Made by a program: the position numbers and the translations under genes. The notes below the pieces were generated by a model. The model made no database searches. It was not told where the DNA came from and was given only the letters and a program-made list of their open reading frames with translations. Positions 1 to 9,393 of a stretch of DNA of 55,235 nt are shown piece by piece. Origin of the DNA: Clostridia bacterium (lineage in GTDB: Bacteria > Bacillota > Clostridia > Oscillospirales > CAG-382); contig JAGBXS010000079.1 in assembly GCA_017629175.1 (NCBI GenBank), positions 1 through 55,235 of the forward strand. Reading direction: 5' to 3'. Each line of letters starts with the position of its first letter. The first letter of the stretch is position 1.

Positions 1-24
1 AGAAACTTTTCGAAAAAAGTTTCT
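1..24 (-). terminator. possible terminator hairpin downstream of the 54..305 ORF (cut by window edge)
   Basis: Perfect 10-bp inverted repeat agaaactttt / aaaagtttct within 1-24. The T-run cannot be assessed at the window edge. Confidence 0.3.
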
Positions 25-53
25 CTCTCGAGCTCTCTCATCAAAACTCACTT

Positions 54-305
54 TTAATCATACTTACAAAATCCCTTCCGTTTACAGTGAGGGCATTTTG
101 CCACCCTGCGCTCGCCTGCGTGATACCAGGTAGAGAAGGCGTACCATTTCGCACGGAAAACACTTCCACATTTAGGACAATGATATTTCCTCGTCACGCA
201 GTAGAGATGGGCGGCCAGAAAGATGATCCCCACGAGGATAGCGCCTATCCACCAAGGCATGGTAAAGTGTCTCGCCTGTGCGGCCAAAAGATAGAAAGTT
301 CCCAT
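54..305 (-). CDS. small membrane-anchored zinc-ribbon protein (hypothetical)
   Basis: One hydrophobic helix (WWIGAILVGIIFLAAHLY) followed by CPKC...CPHC cysteine pairs. Lies directly downstream of queA on the same strand. Start uncertain (305 or internal Met at 260); no clear SD. Confidence 0.5.
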   Translation of the reverse strand: MGTFYLLAAQARHFTMPWWIGAILVGIIFLAAHLYCVTRKYHCPKCGSVFRAKWYAFSTWYHAGERRVAKCPHCKRKGFCKYD

Positions 306-314
306 TTAAAATGT

Positions 315-1370
315 TTACACGATCAGCATCGCATCCCCGAAGGAGAAGAAGCGGAAGCGCTCCTCCACGGCGAAGCGGTAGGCGTTCATAGTGTTTTCGT
401 ACCCTGCGAAGGCGGAGACCAGCATGATCAGGGTACTTTCCGGCAGGTGGAAATTGGTGATCAGCCCATCCACGGCGTGGAATTTCTTGCCGGGATACAG
501 GAAGATCTCGGTGTGCCCCTCGAAGGGCTTCACCACCCCGTCTTCCCCGGTAACGGATTCCAGAGTACGCACGCTGGTGGTGCCCACGGCAAAGACTCTG
601 CCTCCGTTCTGCTTGGTACAGTTGATGGTCTCTGCCGCCTCGGGAGTGACCTTGATGTATTCCGAATGCATTTTGTGGGCAAGGATATCGTCCTCTTTAA
701 CGGGACGGAAGGTGCCCAGTCCCACGTGCAAAAGCACACGGACGATCTGCACGCCCTTGGCTTCCAGCTCTGCAAGCAGCTCGGGGGTGAAATGCAATCC
801 CGCGGTGGGTGCTGCGGCAGAGCCGTTGGTGCGTGCGTACACCGTTTGGTAACGGTTTTTATCCTCAAGTCTCGCCTTGATATAAGGGGGCAGAGGCATG
901 AGGCCGATACGCTCCAGCACTTCAAGAAACACACCCTCGTAGGTAAAGCGGATCACCCGCACACCGTCCTCACGGATGCCGATGACCTCTCCGCAAAGTC
1001 CCTCGGGGTAATACACCTTCTGACCGATGCGGGTCTTTTTACCGGGCTTGGTCAGGGCTTCCCAGACCTCGCCCTCCTCGCTTTCCACCCGGGAAAGGAG
1101 CACCGTCTCGATCTCTCCCGTCCTGCCCTCGGCAGTCCCGAAGATACGGGCGGGAATGACGCGGGTGTCGTTGATCACCAGGCAATCCCCTTCTTTGAAG
1201 TAAGAAAGCACGTCGGAAAAATGCCCCTGGGATACCTCGCCGCTTTCCCGGTTCAGCACCAAAAGGCGGGAACGGTCTCTTTTCTCGGAGGGGGTCTGGG
1301 CGATCAATTCCTCGGGAAGGTCGTAATAATAGCTGGATCTTTTTAAAAGATCGATCTTTTCCATAGTCAT
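315..1370 (-). CDS. queA: S-adenosylmethionine:tRNA ribosyltransferase-isomerase
   Basis: 351 aa. N-terminal YYYDLPEELIAQTP, and later motifs GTTSVRTLES, FHLPESTL and FFSFGDAML, are typical of QueA. Confidence 0.95.
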   Translation of the reverse strand: MTMEKIDLLKRSSYYYDLPEELIAQTPSEKRDRSRLLVLNRESGEVSQGHFSDVLSYFKEGDCLVINDTRVIPARIFGTAEGRTGEIETVLLSRVESEEGEVWEALTKPGKKTRIGQKVYYPEGLCGEVIGIREDGVRVIRFTYEGVFLEVLERIGLMPLPPYIKARLEDKNRYQTVYARTNGSAAAPTAGLHFTPELLAELEAKGVQIVRVLLHVGLGTFRPVKEDDILAHKMHSEYIKVTPEAAETINCTKQNGGRVFAVGTTSVRTLESVTGEDGVVKPFEGHTEIFLYPGKKFHAVDGLITNFHLPESTLIMLVSAFAGYENTMNAYRFAVEERFRFFSFGDAMLIV

Positions 1371-1371
1371 C

Positions 1372-2208
1372 TCAGAATTCCACCACCATGCCGTCGTAGG
1401 AGGTCAAGAAGCCAATCTCCTTCGCCGCAGGCTCCAGCTCGTCATGGATCAGCTTACCGTTGTGGGAGAAATGGTTCACCACGGAGACGGTTTTCTCGTC
1501 GGAAACGCCGATAGCTTCCAATCTTGCTCTTACCTTGGGGCAGGAATCCAGACCCATGTGTCCGCCGCCGGAGGGCAGAGCCACGTAGGTGCAGTCGTAG
1601 GAGATGAGATCTGCGCGGACCTTATTTGCGGCCAGATACTCGTACACCTCGTCGAACAGTTCACCCGTATCATGGAGATACAAAAGGGTCTTCTCGCCGT
1701 CCTCAATGAGGTAGACAAAGGCCTTCTCGTTCATGGCGTGGAAGGCGGGCAGTGCGGTAACGCGGTACTTCCCTGCGGTGAAAGGCTTGTAGGCCTCGAT
1801 CTCCACGGCGGAAATACCGGTATCGTTGGGCTCTTCCTCACGGGTGATCCGCTCTCTTTCCAACAGCTTCATCACCCGCTCGTTACCGTAGAGGGTAAGA
1901 TTGGGGGTGGAAAGATCATGAGCATAATAGCTGGTGGAGCGGAGATGGAGATCCGTGGGAGAAAAATGATCCATGTGGGAATGGGTGATCAGCAGGGTCT
2001 TCACGGCGGAAAAGTTCAAGCCGTTCTGCTGCATATGAGAAAAGGAATCCGCAGGGAAATCGATGAGCAGGTCGTCATTTACCATAGCCTGAGAGCGGGT
2101 GCGGAGGTTCTTGCCCCCTCTTTCCAAGGCCTTCTTGCAATATTCGCAACGGCAAAACAACGCGGGCCAGCCCTCGGCGGCGGCGGTTCCCAAATAAGTC
2201 AACTTCAT
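1372..2208 (-). CDS. MBL-fold metallo-hydrolase (PhnP-like)
   Basis: HSHMDH metal motif and N-terminal MKLTYLGTAAAEGWP. I chose the start at the Met with SD AAGGAAG 9 nt upstream; the ORF-track start at 2310 adds an implausible A/T-rich extension. Confidence 0.85.
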   Translation of the reverse strand: MKLTYLGTAAAEGWPALFCRCEYCKKALERGGKNLRTRSQAMVNDDLLIDFPADSFSHMQQNGLNFSAVKTLLITHSHMDHFSPTDLHLRSTSYYAHDLSTPNLTLYGNERVMKLLERERITREEEPNDTGISAVEIEAYKPFTAGKYRVTALPAFHAMNEKAFVYLIEDGEKTLLYLHDTGELFDEVYEYLAANKVRADLISYDCTYVALPSGGGHMGLDSCPKVRARLEAIGVSDEKTVSVVNHFSHNGKLIHDELEPAAKEIGFLTSYDGMVVEF

Positions 2209-2239
2209 AAAACGCACTTCCTTTGTGATAGTTTTCTTC

Positions 2240-2268
2240 ATCATACCCCATCGGAAGAAAAAATGCAA
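2240..2268 (-). promoter_or_regulatory. sigma-A-type promoter for the MBL hydrolase-queA operon
   Basis: On the minus strand: TTGCAT, 17 nt, TATGAT, about 25 nt upstream of the 2208 start. Confidence 0.45.
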
Positions 2269-2298
2269 GTAATTTTTTAAAAAAATGAAAAAAAGGTA

Positions 2299-2327
2299 TT
2301 GCTTTTTCAAAAAATGTGTGTTATAAT
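2299..2327 (+). promoter_or_regulatory. sigma-A-type promoter for rpmE
   Basis: TTGCTT, 17 nt, TATAAT with a TGn extended -10. Confidence 0.55.
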
Positions 2328-2399
2328 GACGCCCGTATGAAATTTTATCGATCCGGCGCCGGTAATGTCGGGTCCAAGAAGAAAGCGAGGAATTCCATC

Positions 2400-2600
2400 A
2401 TGAAGCAGGGCATCCATCCCGATTACAAGAACACGACCATCACTTGCGCTTGCGGTGCGGTGTACAACACCAAGTCCGTTAAGGAGAACCTGAAGGTTGA
2501 TATCTGCTCTAAGTGCCATCCGTTCTTCACCGGTAAGCAGAAGTTTGTTGACGCCGGCGGACGTGTTGACAAGTTCAAGAAGAAGTTTAACCTCAACTAA
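2400..2600 (+). CDS. rpmE: 50S ribosomal protein L31 (Zn-ribbon type, C-x-C ... C-x2-C)
   Basis: MKQGIHPDY...[13 protein letters not shown] is the canonical L31 sequence. GAGG SD lies upstream of the ATG at 2400. Confidence 0.95.
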   Translation: MKQGIHPDYKNTTITCACGAVYNTKSVKENLKVDICSKCHPFFTGKQKFVDAGGRVDKFKKKFNLN

Positions 2601-2631
2601 GTTCCCCCCCATTACAGCAGCAACAAGATTG

Positions 2632-2664
2632 CGGCGCGCAGGAATGTCTGCGCGCCGTTTTTTT
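2632..2664 (+). terminator. intrinsic terminator after rpmE
   Basis: 10-bp G/C-rich stem cggcgcgcag / ctgcgcgccg, 6-nt loop, 7 T. Confidence 0.8.
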
Positions 2665-2682
2665 CTGTGAAAGGAGTTCCTT

Positions 2683-3954
2683 ATGGCAGAGATCAACGTT
2701 ATTCAAAAAGAAGAGATCACCCGCGCGGTTTTGATCGCCGTCTCTCTGGGAAGAGAGGAAGCGGAGTGTGAAAACTCCCTGGCGGAGCTGGAGCGTCTTT
2801 TGGACACCGCGGGAGGCGAGGTCGCCGCTACGGTGATCCAGAACCGCCCCCACCCCGACAAGGCTACCTATATCGGCAGCGGAAAGTGCGAGGAGGTAGC
2901 GGAGCTGGTAAAGGCCGATCCCACCATCACCCTGGCGGTGTTTGACAACGAGCTTTCCCCCTCTCAGATCGCCGCGGTGGAGGAGATCGTTGGCATCCGT
3001 GTCATCGACCGTACCATGCTGATCCTGGATATTTTTGCCCTTCACGCCGTTACCGGCGAGGGGAAATTGCAGGTAGAGATCGCCTGCCTGCGCTACACCG
3101 CCCCCCGTCTGATCGGTAAGGGCAAGATGCTTTCCCGTCAGGGCGGCGGCATCGGCAGCCGAGGCCCGGGCGAAAGCAAGCTGGAAAGCGACCGCCGTCA
3201 TATCCGCCGCCGTATCGAGGCGTTGGAGGCGGAGCTGGACGAGCTGGAACGCACCCGCGGCGTAAAACGCTCCCAAAGAATGCGTTCGGGGCTTGCCACC
3301 GTGGCCATCATCGGCTACACCAACGCGGGGAAATCCACCCTGCTGAACAGACTGACCGACGCGGGAATTCTGGCGGAGGATAAGCTTTTCGCCACCTTGG
3401 ATCCCACCACCCGCAGGCTGACCCTGCCCGGTGGCACGGAGGTGCTTCTCACCGACACCGTAGGCTTTATTGACCGCCTGCCCACCCACTTGGTGCGAGC
3501 CTTCCGCTCCACCTTGGAGGAGCTGACCTACTGCGACGTGATCCTTTGTCTCACCGACGGCAGCGAGGAGGCGGGAGAGCGTACCCGCAAGCGTGCCGTA
3601 ACGGAAAAGCTCATCGGCGAGCTGGGTGCGGGAGAGAAGCCTATTCTTGAAGTATATAACAAAACCGACCTGGTGGACAAGAACGCCAAGGATCTCTTCC
3701 CCGGCAACGTTCTGGAGATCTCCGCCGCCACGGGAGCAGGCATTGATACCCTGCTGACCAAGCTGGAGGAGACCGTCAACGGCGGGAAAAAGATGCTGAA
3801 GCTGTTCTTCTCCCACAGCCAGTCCGGAAAGGCGGCAGAGGTCTACCGCTTTGCCACAGTGCACGATACGGAATACACAGAAAACGGCACTCTGATCACC
3901 GCCCTCTGCGACGAACGGGCACAGGGAATGTTTTCACAATTTATACAAGAATAA
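2683..3954 (+). CDS. hflX: GTPase HflX
   Basis: 423 aa. HflX N-domain, then G1 GYTNAGKST and G3 DTVGF; AAAGGAG SD. Confidence 0.92.
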   Translation: MAEINVIQKEEITRAVLIAVSLGREEAECENSLAELERLLDTAGGEVAATVIQNRPHPDKATYIGSGKCEEVAELVKADPTITLAVFDNELSPSQIAAVEEIVGIRVIDRTMLILDIFALHAVTGEGKLQVEIACLRYTAPRLIGKGKMLSRQGGGIGSRGPGESKLESDRRHIRRRIEALEAELDELERTRGVKRSQRMRSGLATVAIIGYTNAGKSTLLNRLTDAGILAEDKLFATLDPTTRRLTLPGGTEVLLTDTVGFIDRLPTHLVRAFRSTLEELTYCDVILCLTDGSEEAGERTRKRAVTEKLIGELGAGEKPILEVYNKTDLVDKNAKDLFPGNVLEISAATGAGIDTLLTKLEETVNGGKKMLKLFFSHSQSGKAAEVYRFATVHDTEYTENGTLITALCDERAQGMFSQFIQE

Positions 3955-3958
3955 TTTC

Positions 3959-3987
3959 TTGACTTTCTGCCAAAACACTGGTATACT
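3959..3987 (+). promoter_or_regulatory. sigma-A-type promoter for the CapA-like gene
   Basis: TTGACT, 17 nt, TATACT with TGn. Confidence 0.55.
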
Positions 3988-4017
3988 GACGGCAGAATTC
4001 ACCAACGAGGTTACTGT

Positions 4018-5430
4018 ATGTTATCTTTCAAAAGATTTTTTGCGTGCGCCCTTTGCGTATTGCTTTTACTTTGCTGCGGCTGTTCCTTTGTAGATCCCTT
4101 GGGAGGGGACTCTTCTCTTACAGAGTCCACAGAGGGATCCTCTGCTGCGGACACTTCTTCCGATATCCCTTCTTCCGAGGCGGAAAACTCTTGGGAGGCA
4201 ACCTCCTCTGAGGAAGAGCCCTCTCTCCCCGAAGAAAGTGAGGATGAATCCAGCGCGCCGGATATCATTGATCTTCCCGAGGATCCCGTGGATGCGGTGG
4301 TGAGCTTCGTGGCCTGCGGGGACAACCTGATCCATCCTTCCGTGTATTACGGCGCCATGGAATATTACGCCGCCGCCAACGGCACCAAGGTCAATTACAA
4401 GGATTGGCCCACCAACGAGATGGACTACGACTTCCTGCCCATCTACGAGTACGTGGCGGACACCATGAAGAACGCGGACATCTGCTTTATCAACCAGGAG
4501 ACCCTCTCCGGAGGCCCGGGCACCAAGATCGACGGCTATCCTCAGTTCAACACCCCCATCGCCATGGGCAGAGACCTGGCGGCTCTGGGCGTAGACATTG
4601 TGAACATGGCCCACAACCACATGCTGGACTCCGGTAACGATAAGCTGCTGAAGTATTCCGATCCCTACTTCAAGTCCCTGGGAATGACTCCCTTGGGCTA
4701 TTACAAGAACGAGGCGGATACCAACAACATCGTGCTCTACGAAAAAGAGGGCATCACCTTCGCTCTGCTGACTTACACCTACGGCACCAACGGCATCCAG
4801 TGCTATTCCGAAACCTATATTCCTTATCTGAACGAAGCGTTGATCCGCCGTCAGGTGGGATTGGCCCACGCCCTTGCAGACGTGGTGATCGTTTCCGCTC
4901 ACTGGGGATATGAGGACAGCTACACCCAGAATCAGGAGCAGAGAAACTACGCCGAGCTGTTCTGCGAGCTGGAGGTGGACGTGGTCATCGGTACCCATTC
5001 CCACTGCTTACAGCCTATGAAATGGGTGGAAAACGATATCACAGGTCACAAAATGCTGTTGACCTATTCTTTGGGCAACTTCGTTTCCGGTATGCAGGGC
5101 GCCTTGAACGTGCTGGAGGGCATGCTCTCCTTTGACGTACGTAAGAGTGCGGAGACCGGGGAGATCACCATCGAAAACCCCATTCTCACCCCCCTGGTGC
5201 TTCACTACACCAAGGAAGCCGCCGACGGCGAAAAGGACACGGGATACCGTAACTTTAAGATCTACGAATTGAAGAACTACACCGATGAACTGGTGGCCGC
5301 CCACGGCGTGACCCGCTACGAGAAATCCCACGGTACCACCTTGAAGGGTGGCAAGTTCTCTATCGAAAATCTCTACAAAACCGTGCAATCCGTCATCCCC
5401 GCAGAGTTCCTTCCCGAGGAATACAGATAA
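4018..5430 (+). CDS. CapA/PGA_cap-family metallophosphatase-like lipoprotein
   Basis: Lipobox LLCCGC, an S/E-rich acidic linker, then CapA-like motifs (FVACGDNLIH, MAHNHMLD, SAHWGYE, GTHSH). Confidence 0.8.
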   Translation: MLSFKRFFACALCVLLLLCCGCSFVDPLGGDSSLTESTEGSSAADTSSDIPSSEAENSWEATSSEEEPSLPEESEDESSAPDIIDLPEDPVDAVVSFVACGDNLIHPSVYYGAMEYYAAANGTKVNYKDWPTNEMDYDFLPIYEYVADTMKNADICFINQETLSGGPGTKIDGYPQFNTPIAMGRDLAALGVDIVNMAHNHMLDSGNDKLLKYSDPYFKSLGMTPLGYYKNEADTNNIVLYEKEGITFALLTYTYGTNGIQCYSETYIPYLNEALIRRQVGLAHALADVVIVSAHWGYEDSYTQNQEQRNYAELFCELEVDVVIGTHSHCLQPMKWVENDITGHKMLLTYSLGNFVSGMQGALNVLEGMLSFDVRKSAETGEITIENPILTPLVLHYTKEAADGEKDTGYRNFKIYELKNYTDELVAAHGVTRYEKSHGTTLKGGKFSIENLYKTVQSVIPAEFLPEEYR

Positions 5431-5437
5431 GCATTCA

Positions 5438-5469
5438 CAGAGCTGCTAAAAAAGCGGCTCTGTTTTTTT
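5438..5469 (+). terminator. intrinsic terminator after the CapA-like gene
   Basis: cagagctgc / gcggctctg stem (one G-U pair) followed by 7 T. Confidence 0.7.
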
Positions 5470-5500
5470 GTTGCGGCATTTTGAATTTTTGCAAAAACAC

Positions 5501-5529
5501 TTGCAATCCGTTCTATAAAGTGGTATAAT
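5501..5529 (+). promoter_or_regulatory. near-consensus sigma-A promoter heading the long plus-strand gene array
   Basis: TTGCAA, 17 nt, TATAAT with TGn. Confidence 0.6.
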
Positions 5530-5571
5530 ATTATACTAAAGAAGTGTTTTCTTTCGGAGGTGGAGAGTTCC

Positions 5572-6264
5572 ATGGAAAAGCAAGCAAAAAAAGGCGTCCT
5601 CATCGCCCTGGACGGGCTGGACGGATCGGGCAAGGAGACCCAGACCCGTTTGCTGGAGGAAGCGCTGAAGGCCAAGGGAATTCCCTGCCGTTCCGTCTCC
5701 TTCCCCACCTACGACGACCAAATGAGTGCCGCGGTCAAGCTGTATTTAAGCGGTGCTTTCGGAAGCGATCCCCACGCAGTAAACGGATACGCCGCATCGG
5801 TGTTCTACGGAGTGGACAGATACTGCTCCTATATGCTGGATTGGAAGAAGGACTACGAGGCAGGCACGGTGATCCTTGCCAACCGCTACACCACCGCCAA
5901 CGCGGTGCATCAGCTTTCCAAGCTTCCCGAGGAGGAATACGACGGTTTCCTGCAATGGCTGTTTGATCTGGAATACGGGAAAATGGGGTTGCCCGAGCCC
6001 AATTTGGTTTTGTACCTTTGTGTACCGCCGGAGGTTTCCACATCCCTGATCCAAAGCCGTTCCTCCCAGACCGGGCGGGCAACGGACATTCACGAAAACG
6101 ATAAGAAGCATTTGTCCGACAGCTACAAGGCGGCGCTGTATTCCGCCGAGAAGCTTGGCTGGGCAAAAATAGATTGCGCATCCGACGGAACGTTGCGTAC
6201 TCGGGAGGATATCCATGGGGAGATCCTCCGCTACGTGGAAGCGCTCCCGGAGCTCGGCGCATAA
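5572..6264 (+). CDS. tmk: thymidylate kinase-family (dTMP/deoxynucleoside kinase-like) protein
   Basis: P-loop DGLDGSGKETQ with overall Tmk-like length. The ATG at 5572 follows a GGAGGTGGAG SD; the track start at 5560 is a GTG. Confidence 0.65.
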   Translation: MEKQAKKGVLIALDGLDGSGKETQTRLLEEALKAKGIPCRSVSFPTYDDQMSAAVKLYLSGAFGSDPHAVNGYAASVFYGVDRYCSYMLDWKKDYEAGTVILANRYTTANAVHQLSKLPEEEYDGFLQWLFDLEYGKMGLPEPNLVLYLCVPPEVSTSLIQSRSSQTGRATDIHENDKKHLSDSYKAALYSAEKLGWAKIDCASDGTLRTREDIHGEILRYVEALPELGA

Positions 6265-6285
6265 AAAGAAACGAGGTATTTACCT

Positions 6286-6834
6286 ATGGTAAAAATTGCA
6301 GTATTGTTAGCAGAAGGATTTGAAGAAGCGGAGGCTTTGGTTCCTGCAGACTTGTTGCGCCGCGCGGGAGGCGAGGTTCTCCTGGTTTCCGCATACGGCG
6401 AGGAGCTTGTCACCGGTGCCCACGGGATCGCCGTAAAGACGGACATCACCCTTGACCGCTTGGACAGAACCTCTTTGAATTGCATCCTGCTTCCCGGCGG
6501 GCTGAAGGGCACGGAGCATCTTTATGAAAGCTTTGCCGTGCGTTCCCTGATCCAGTACGCCGCGAGCGAAGGCATTTACATCGCCGCCATCTGTGCCGCA
6601 CCCTCTATTCTGGGCAAGATGGGTCTTTTGGAGGGCAGACGATACGCCTGCTATCCCGGCTTTGAGAAGGAGATCCCCGACGGGATCCGCACCGGCAAAA
6701 AGGTGGAGCACGACGATACCTTCGTCACCGCCGAGGGCATGGGCGTTTCCTTTGACTTCGGTTTCCGCTTGGTAGAGCTGTTGTTCGGCTACGAGACGGC
6801 AACCGTTATGCGGGAGCAGACCCGTTACGAGTAA
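6286..6834 (+). CDS. DJ-1/PfpI (ThiJ) family protein
   Basis: 182 aa. Nucleophile-elbow cysteine context AAICAAPSILG, and LLPGG. Confidence 0.85.
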   Translation: MVKIAVLLAEGFEEAEALVPADLLRRAGGEVLLVSAYGEELVTGAHGIAVKTDITLDRLDRTSLNCILLPGGLKGTEHLYESFAVRSLIQYAASEGIYIAAICAAPSILGKMGLLEGRRYACYPGFEKEIPDGIRTGKKVEHDDTFVTAEGMGVSFDFGFRLVELLFGYETATVMREQTRYE

Positions 6835-6875
6835 ACTTTTACTGTTTTGATTTTTTAAGAAAGGAATGAAGAGTT

Positions 6876-7802
6876 ATGCAAAGCATCCCTGCGGCGGAAA
6901 AACAGATCCGCTGGAACCAACCCCATTTGACCGCTCCCGTACTGATGCTCTTCATCCTTGCCGCCATGCATTTTTCCCGGTATATCCTTGCCGGAAGTGA
7001 GGACGTTGCAGATCTGTTCTTGAGCATCTCGCTGGTGCAGATCCTGGTACTGCTCCTCCCCTGTATGCTGTATTACCTGCTGAAGAAGCGGAAGCTGGCC
7101 ACCCCCATGCCCGTCAGTCCCATGAAAATGCGCCATATCGCCTTGACACTGTTCGGCGGCGGTGTGCTGATCATCGGTAACCTGCTGATCAAGTTTTTCT
7201 ACCGTGCGGTGGCAGAGCAATCCGTTTCCACCCCCGCCTTCTTTGAGGGGCTTTCCGCAGGAGAGGGCGAGTTGTCCTTCGCGGGAATTCTGCTCTCCAT
7301 GGTCATCATTCCCGCAGTGTGTGAGGAATTGCTGTTCCGCGGAGTCATTCTGTCGGAGTACCGCGCCCTGGGGCAGGGCAACGCCGTGCTGATCTCGGCG
7401 ATCTGCTTCGCCATGCTTCATTTTTCCGTAACCAACTTCCCGGTGTACCTGTTCGTGGGCGTTTTGCTGGGCGTGATCACCAACGCATCCCGCTCGGTGA
7501 TACCTGCCATGCTTTTGCATGTCCTCAGCAACTCGCTGAGCGTGTTCACCTCGGATCAGTTTTTGAACATCATCATGCAAAAGAACGGTGCGTTCTTCGT
7601 AGGCTTTTTGCTGGCAGTTTTGTTCGGCACGGCCTTGTTCCTGTTTTTGTACTGCGTGGAGCTTCAGTACCTGCGGTTTGCCCAGGAGCCTCCGGAGCAG
7701 TCCCTTCCCCCGAAAAATCGCACCCATCTGGCAAAGGTGTTCCTTTCCCCCACGTTCTTAGTGTTGACCGCCGCGTTCCTTTTGATCACGGCATTGCAAT
7801 AA
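6876..7802 (+). CDS. CPBP-family intramembrane glutamic endopeptidase (CAAX protease-like)
   Basis: Polytopic membrane protein with EELLFRG and FAMLH motifs. Confidence 0.85.
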   Translation: MQSIPAAEKQIRWNQPHLTAPVLMLFILAAMHFSRYILAGSEDVADLFLSISLVQILVLLLPCMLYYLLKKRKLATPMPVSPMKMRHIALTLFGGGVLIIGNLLIKFFYRAVAEQSVSTPAFFEGLSAGEGELSFAGILLSMVIIPAVCEELLFRGVILSEYRALGQGNAVLISAICFAMLHFSVTNFPVYLFVGVLLGVITNASRSVIPAMLLHVLSNSLSVFTSDQFLNIIMQKNGAFFVGFLLAVLFGTALFLFLYCVELQYLRFAQEPPEQSLPPKNRTHLAKVFLSPTFLVLTAAFLLITALQ

Positions 7803-7812
7803 GGAGGCTTCC

Positions 7813-9393
7813 ATGCAAGACGAACGTCTTAACAAAAACGAAGAGTTGGAAGAGATCCTTGCGGAATACCGCAAGAAGAAAAAACAGAATCCCGAGGCCT
7901 CCGCTACCTCTCCCCTCCACGCCGAGACCCGGGTGGTGGAAGCCAAGACCCGCGTGGAGCTTCCCCCGCAAAGCGACGAGCCCCTAGAGGAAGAAGAGGA
8001 CGGCATCAGCATCTCCGAAAGTGCGGTACAGAACCATTTTGCAGATTCCGTATCGGAGGATGTGATCGGTCTTTCCTCCCACTTTTCCGAAAGCGACGGA
8101 GACGAGCCGCCCCTGCCCGCAGAGGAGGAGCCGGAGCCCGTTTACGAAGAGACCTATTACGACGATGACGACGAAGAGGACGATGAGGACGATGAGTTTG
8201 TCTTTCCTCTGCCCTTCAGAATTTTGGGCAAGCTGTGGCGAGGCTTTACGGGGCTGAGCTTCATTGCCAAGGCCGCGCTGTATCTGGTAGTGGTCTTGGT
8301 CCTGGCGGCGTATCTCTCTTATTACGTGCTGACCGTGGGCAACGATATGTTCGCCTTGGTAAAGGGCGACGCAGAGATCGTGATCACCCTACCGGAGGAT
8401 GCCACCAAGGAAGAGGTAGCCCAAATCCTGTACGAAAGCGGCCTCATTGAATACGATTGGGCGTTCCCTTTGTATTTGGAGCTGTTCGGTGAAAACGAGG
8501 AGATCTCCTTTATCCCCGGGGAGCATACGCTGAACGTCTCCATGAACTATTCTCAGCTGTTGACCGCATTGACCACCCCCGTGCGCATCCGCGAAGTGGT
8601 CACCCTGACCTTTCCCGAGGGCTTTACCGTGGACGATATCATCGATCTGTTTGTCAAGAACGGCGTAGGCACCAGAGAAGGGTTTGTGGAAGCCATCAAC
8701 AACTACCCCTACAAGCATGAGTTTGTCCGCTTGTTGGACGAAAACGGCTGGGATACCGACCGTGTTTACCGCTTGGAGGGCTATCTGTACCCCGACACCT
8801 ACGATTTTTATACCGATACCGAGGAATATCTGGCCATCAACAAGCTGCTCAACAATTTCAACAGCAAGGTTTGGCTGGATTGGAAGAGAACCTACTCCTC
8901 CATCTGCGAGGAGCAGGGCTACACCTTGGACGATATCATCACCATTTCCTCCATGATCGAGGCGGAGGGTAAAACGGCGGAGGACTTTGAGTATATCTCC
9001 TACGTTTTCCACAACCGTCTCCAGCACAAGGCGGATTACCCCCTGCTGGAAAGTGACGCCACCATTCAGTACGCATTAGAGCTTGCGGGCATGGACCGTA
9101 TTCAGGACGCTTCTCAAATCGACAAGAGCTTCCCCAGCCCTTATAACACCTACACCAACGAGGGGCTTCCCCCCGGTGCGATCTGCAACGCGGGTCTGGA
9201 CTCCATCCTTGCCGCCATCTATCCCTCTCCCCCCCTGGATGAGGAAGACAATATTCTCAACGCCTTCTTCTTCGTCAGCAACGATTTGGGCGAGACCTAC
9301 TACGCCGCCACCCTTTCCGGTCACTTGAAGAACGTGGAACGGGTGAAGAAGGAAAACGCAGCCTTGAAGGAGGAGGGTACAGAAAATGACTGA
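7813..9393 (+). CDS. mltG: endolytic murein transglycosylase MltG (YceG-like) with a long acidic N-terminal extension
   Basis: TM helix around residues 150-175, then YceG motifs (PEGFTVDDI, EGYLYPDTY, SSMIEAE, NTYTNEGLPPGAI). AAGGAGG SD. Confidence 0.9.
   Translation: MQDERLNKNEELEEILAEYRKKKKQNPEASATSPLHAETRVVEAKTRVELPPQSDEPLEEEEDGISISESAVQNHFADSVSEDVIGLSSHFSESDGDEPPLPAEEEPEPVYEETYYDDDDEEDDEDDEFVFPLPFRILGKLWRGFTGLSFIAKAALYLVVVLVLAAYLSYYVLTVGNDMFALVKGDAEIVITLPEDATKEEVAQILYESGLIEYDWAFPLYLELFGENEEISFIPGEHTLNVSMNYSQLLTALTTPVRIREVVTLTFPEGFTVDDIIDLFVKNGVGTREGFVEAINNYPYKHEFVRLLDENGWDTDRVYRLEGYLYPDTYDFYTDTEEYLAINKLLNNFNSKVWLDWKRTYSSICEEQGYTLDDIITISSMIEAEGKTAEDFEYISYVFHNRLQHKADYPLLESDATIQYALELAGMDRIQDASQIDKSFPSPYNTYTNEGLPPGAICNAGLDSILAAIYPSPPLDEEDNILNAFFFVSNDLGETYYAATLSGHLKNVERVKKENAALKEEGTEND

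Noticed and set aside
87-1346. 419-aa plus-strand ORF
   Set aside because: It lies entirely antisense to queA, whose product has clear family motifs. Its composition (G/R/H/L-rich, no motifs) is typical of shadow ORFs in G+C-rich DNA.
2593-3864. 423-aa minus-strand ORF
   Set aside because: Antisense shadow of hflX, with no recognisable motifs.
8150-8200. Repetitive GAC/GAT/GAG/GAA codon run
   Set aside because: It is in-frame acidic low-complexity coding sequence of the MltG head, not a DNA-level tandem repeat or CRISPR-like array.
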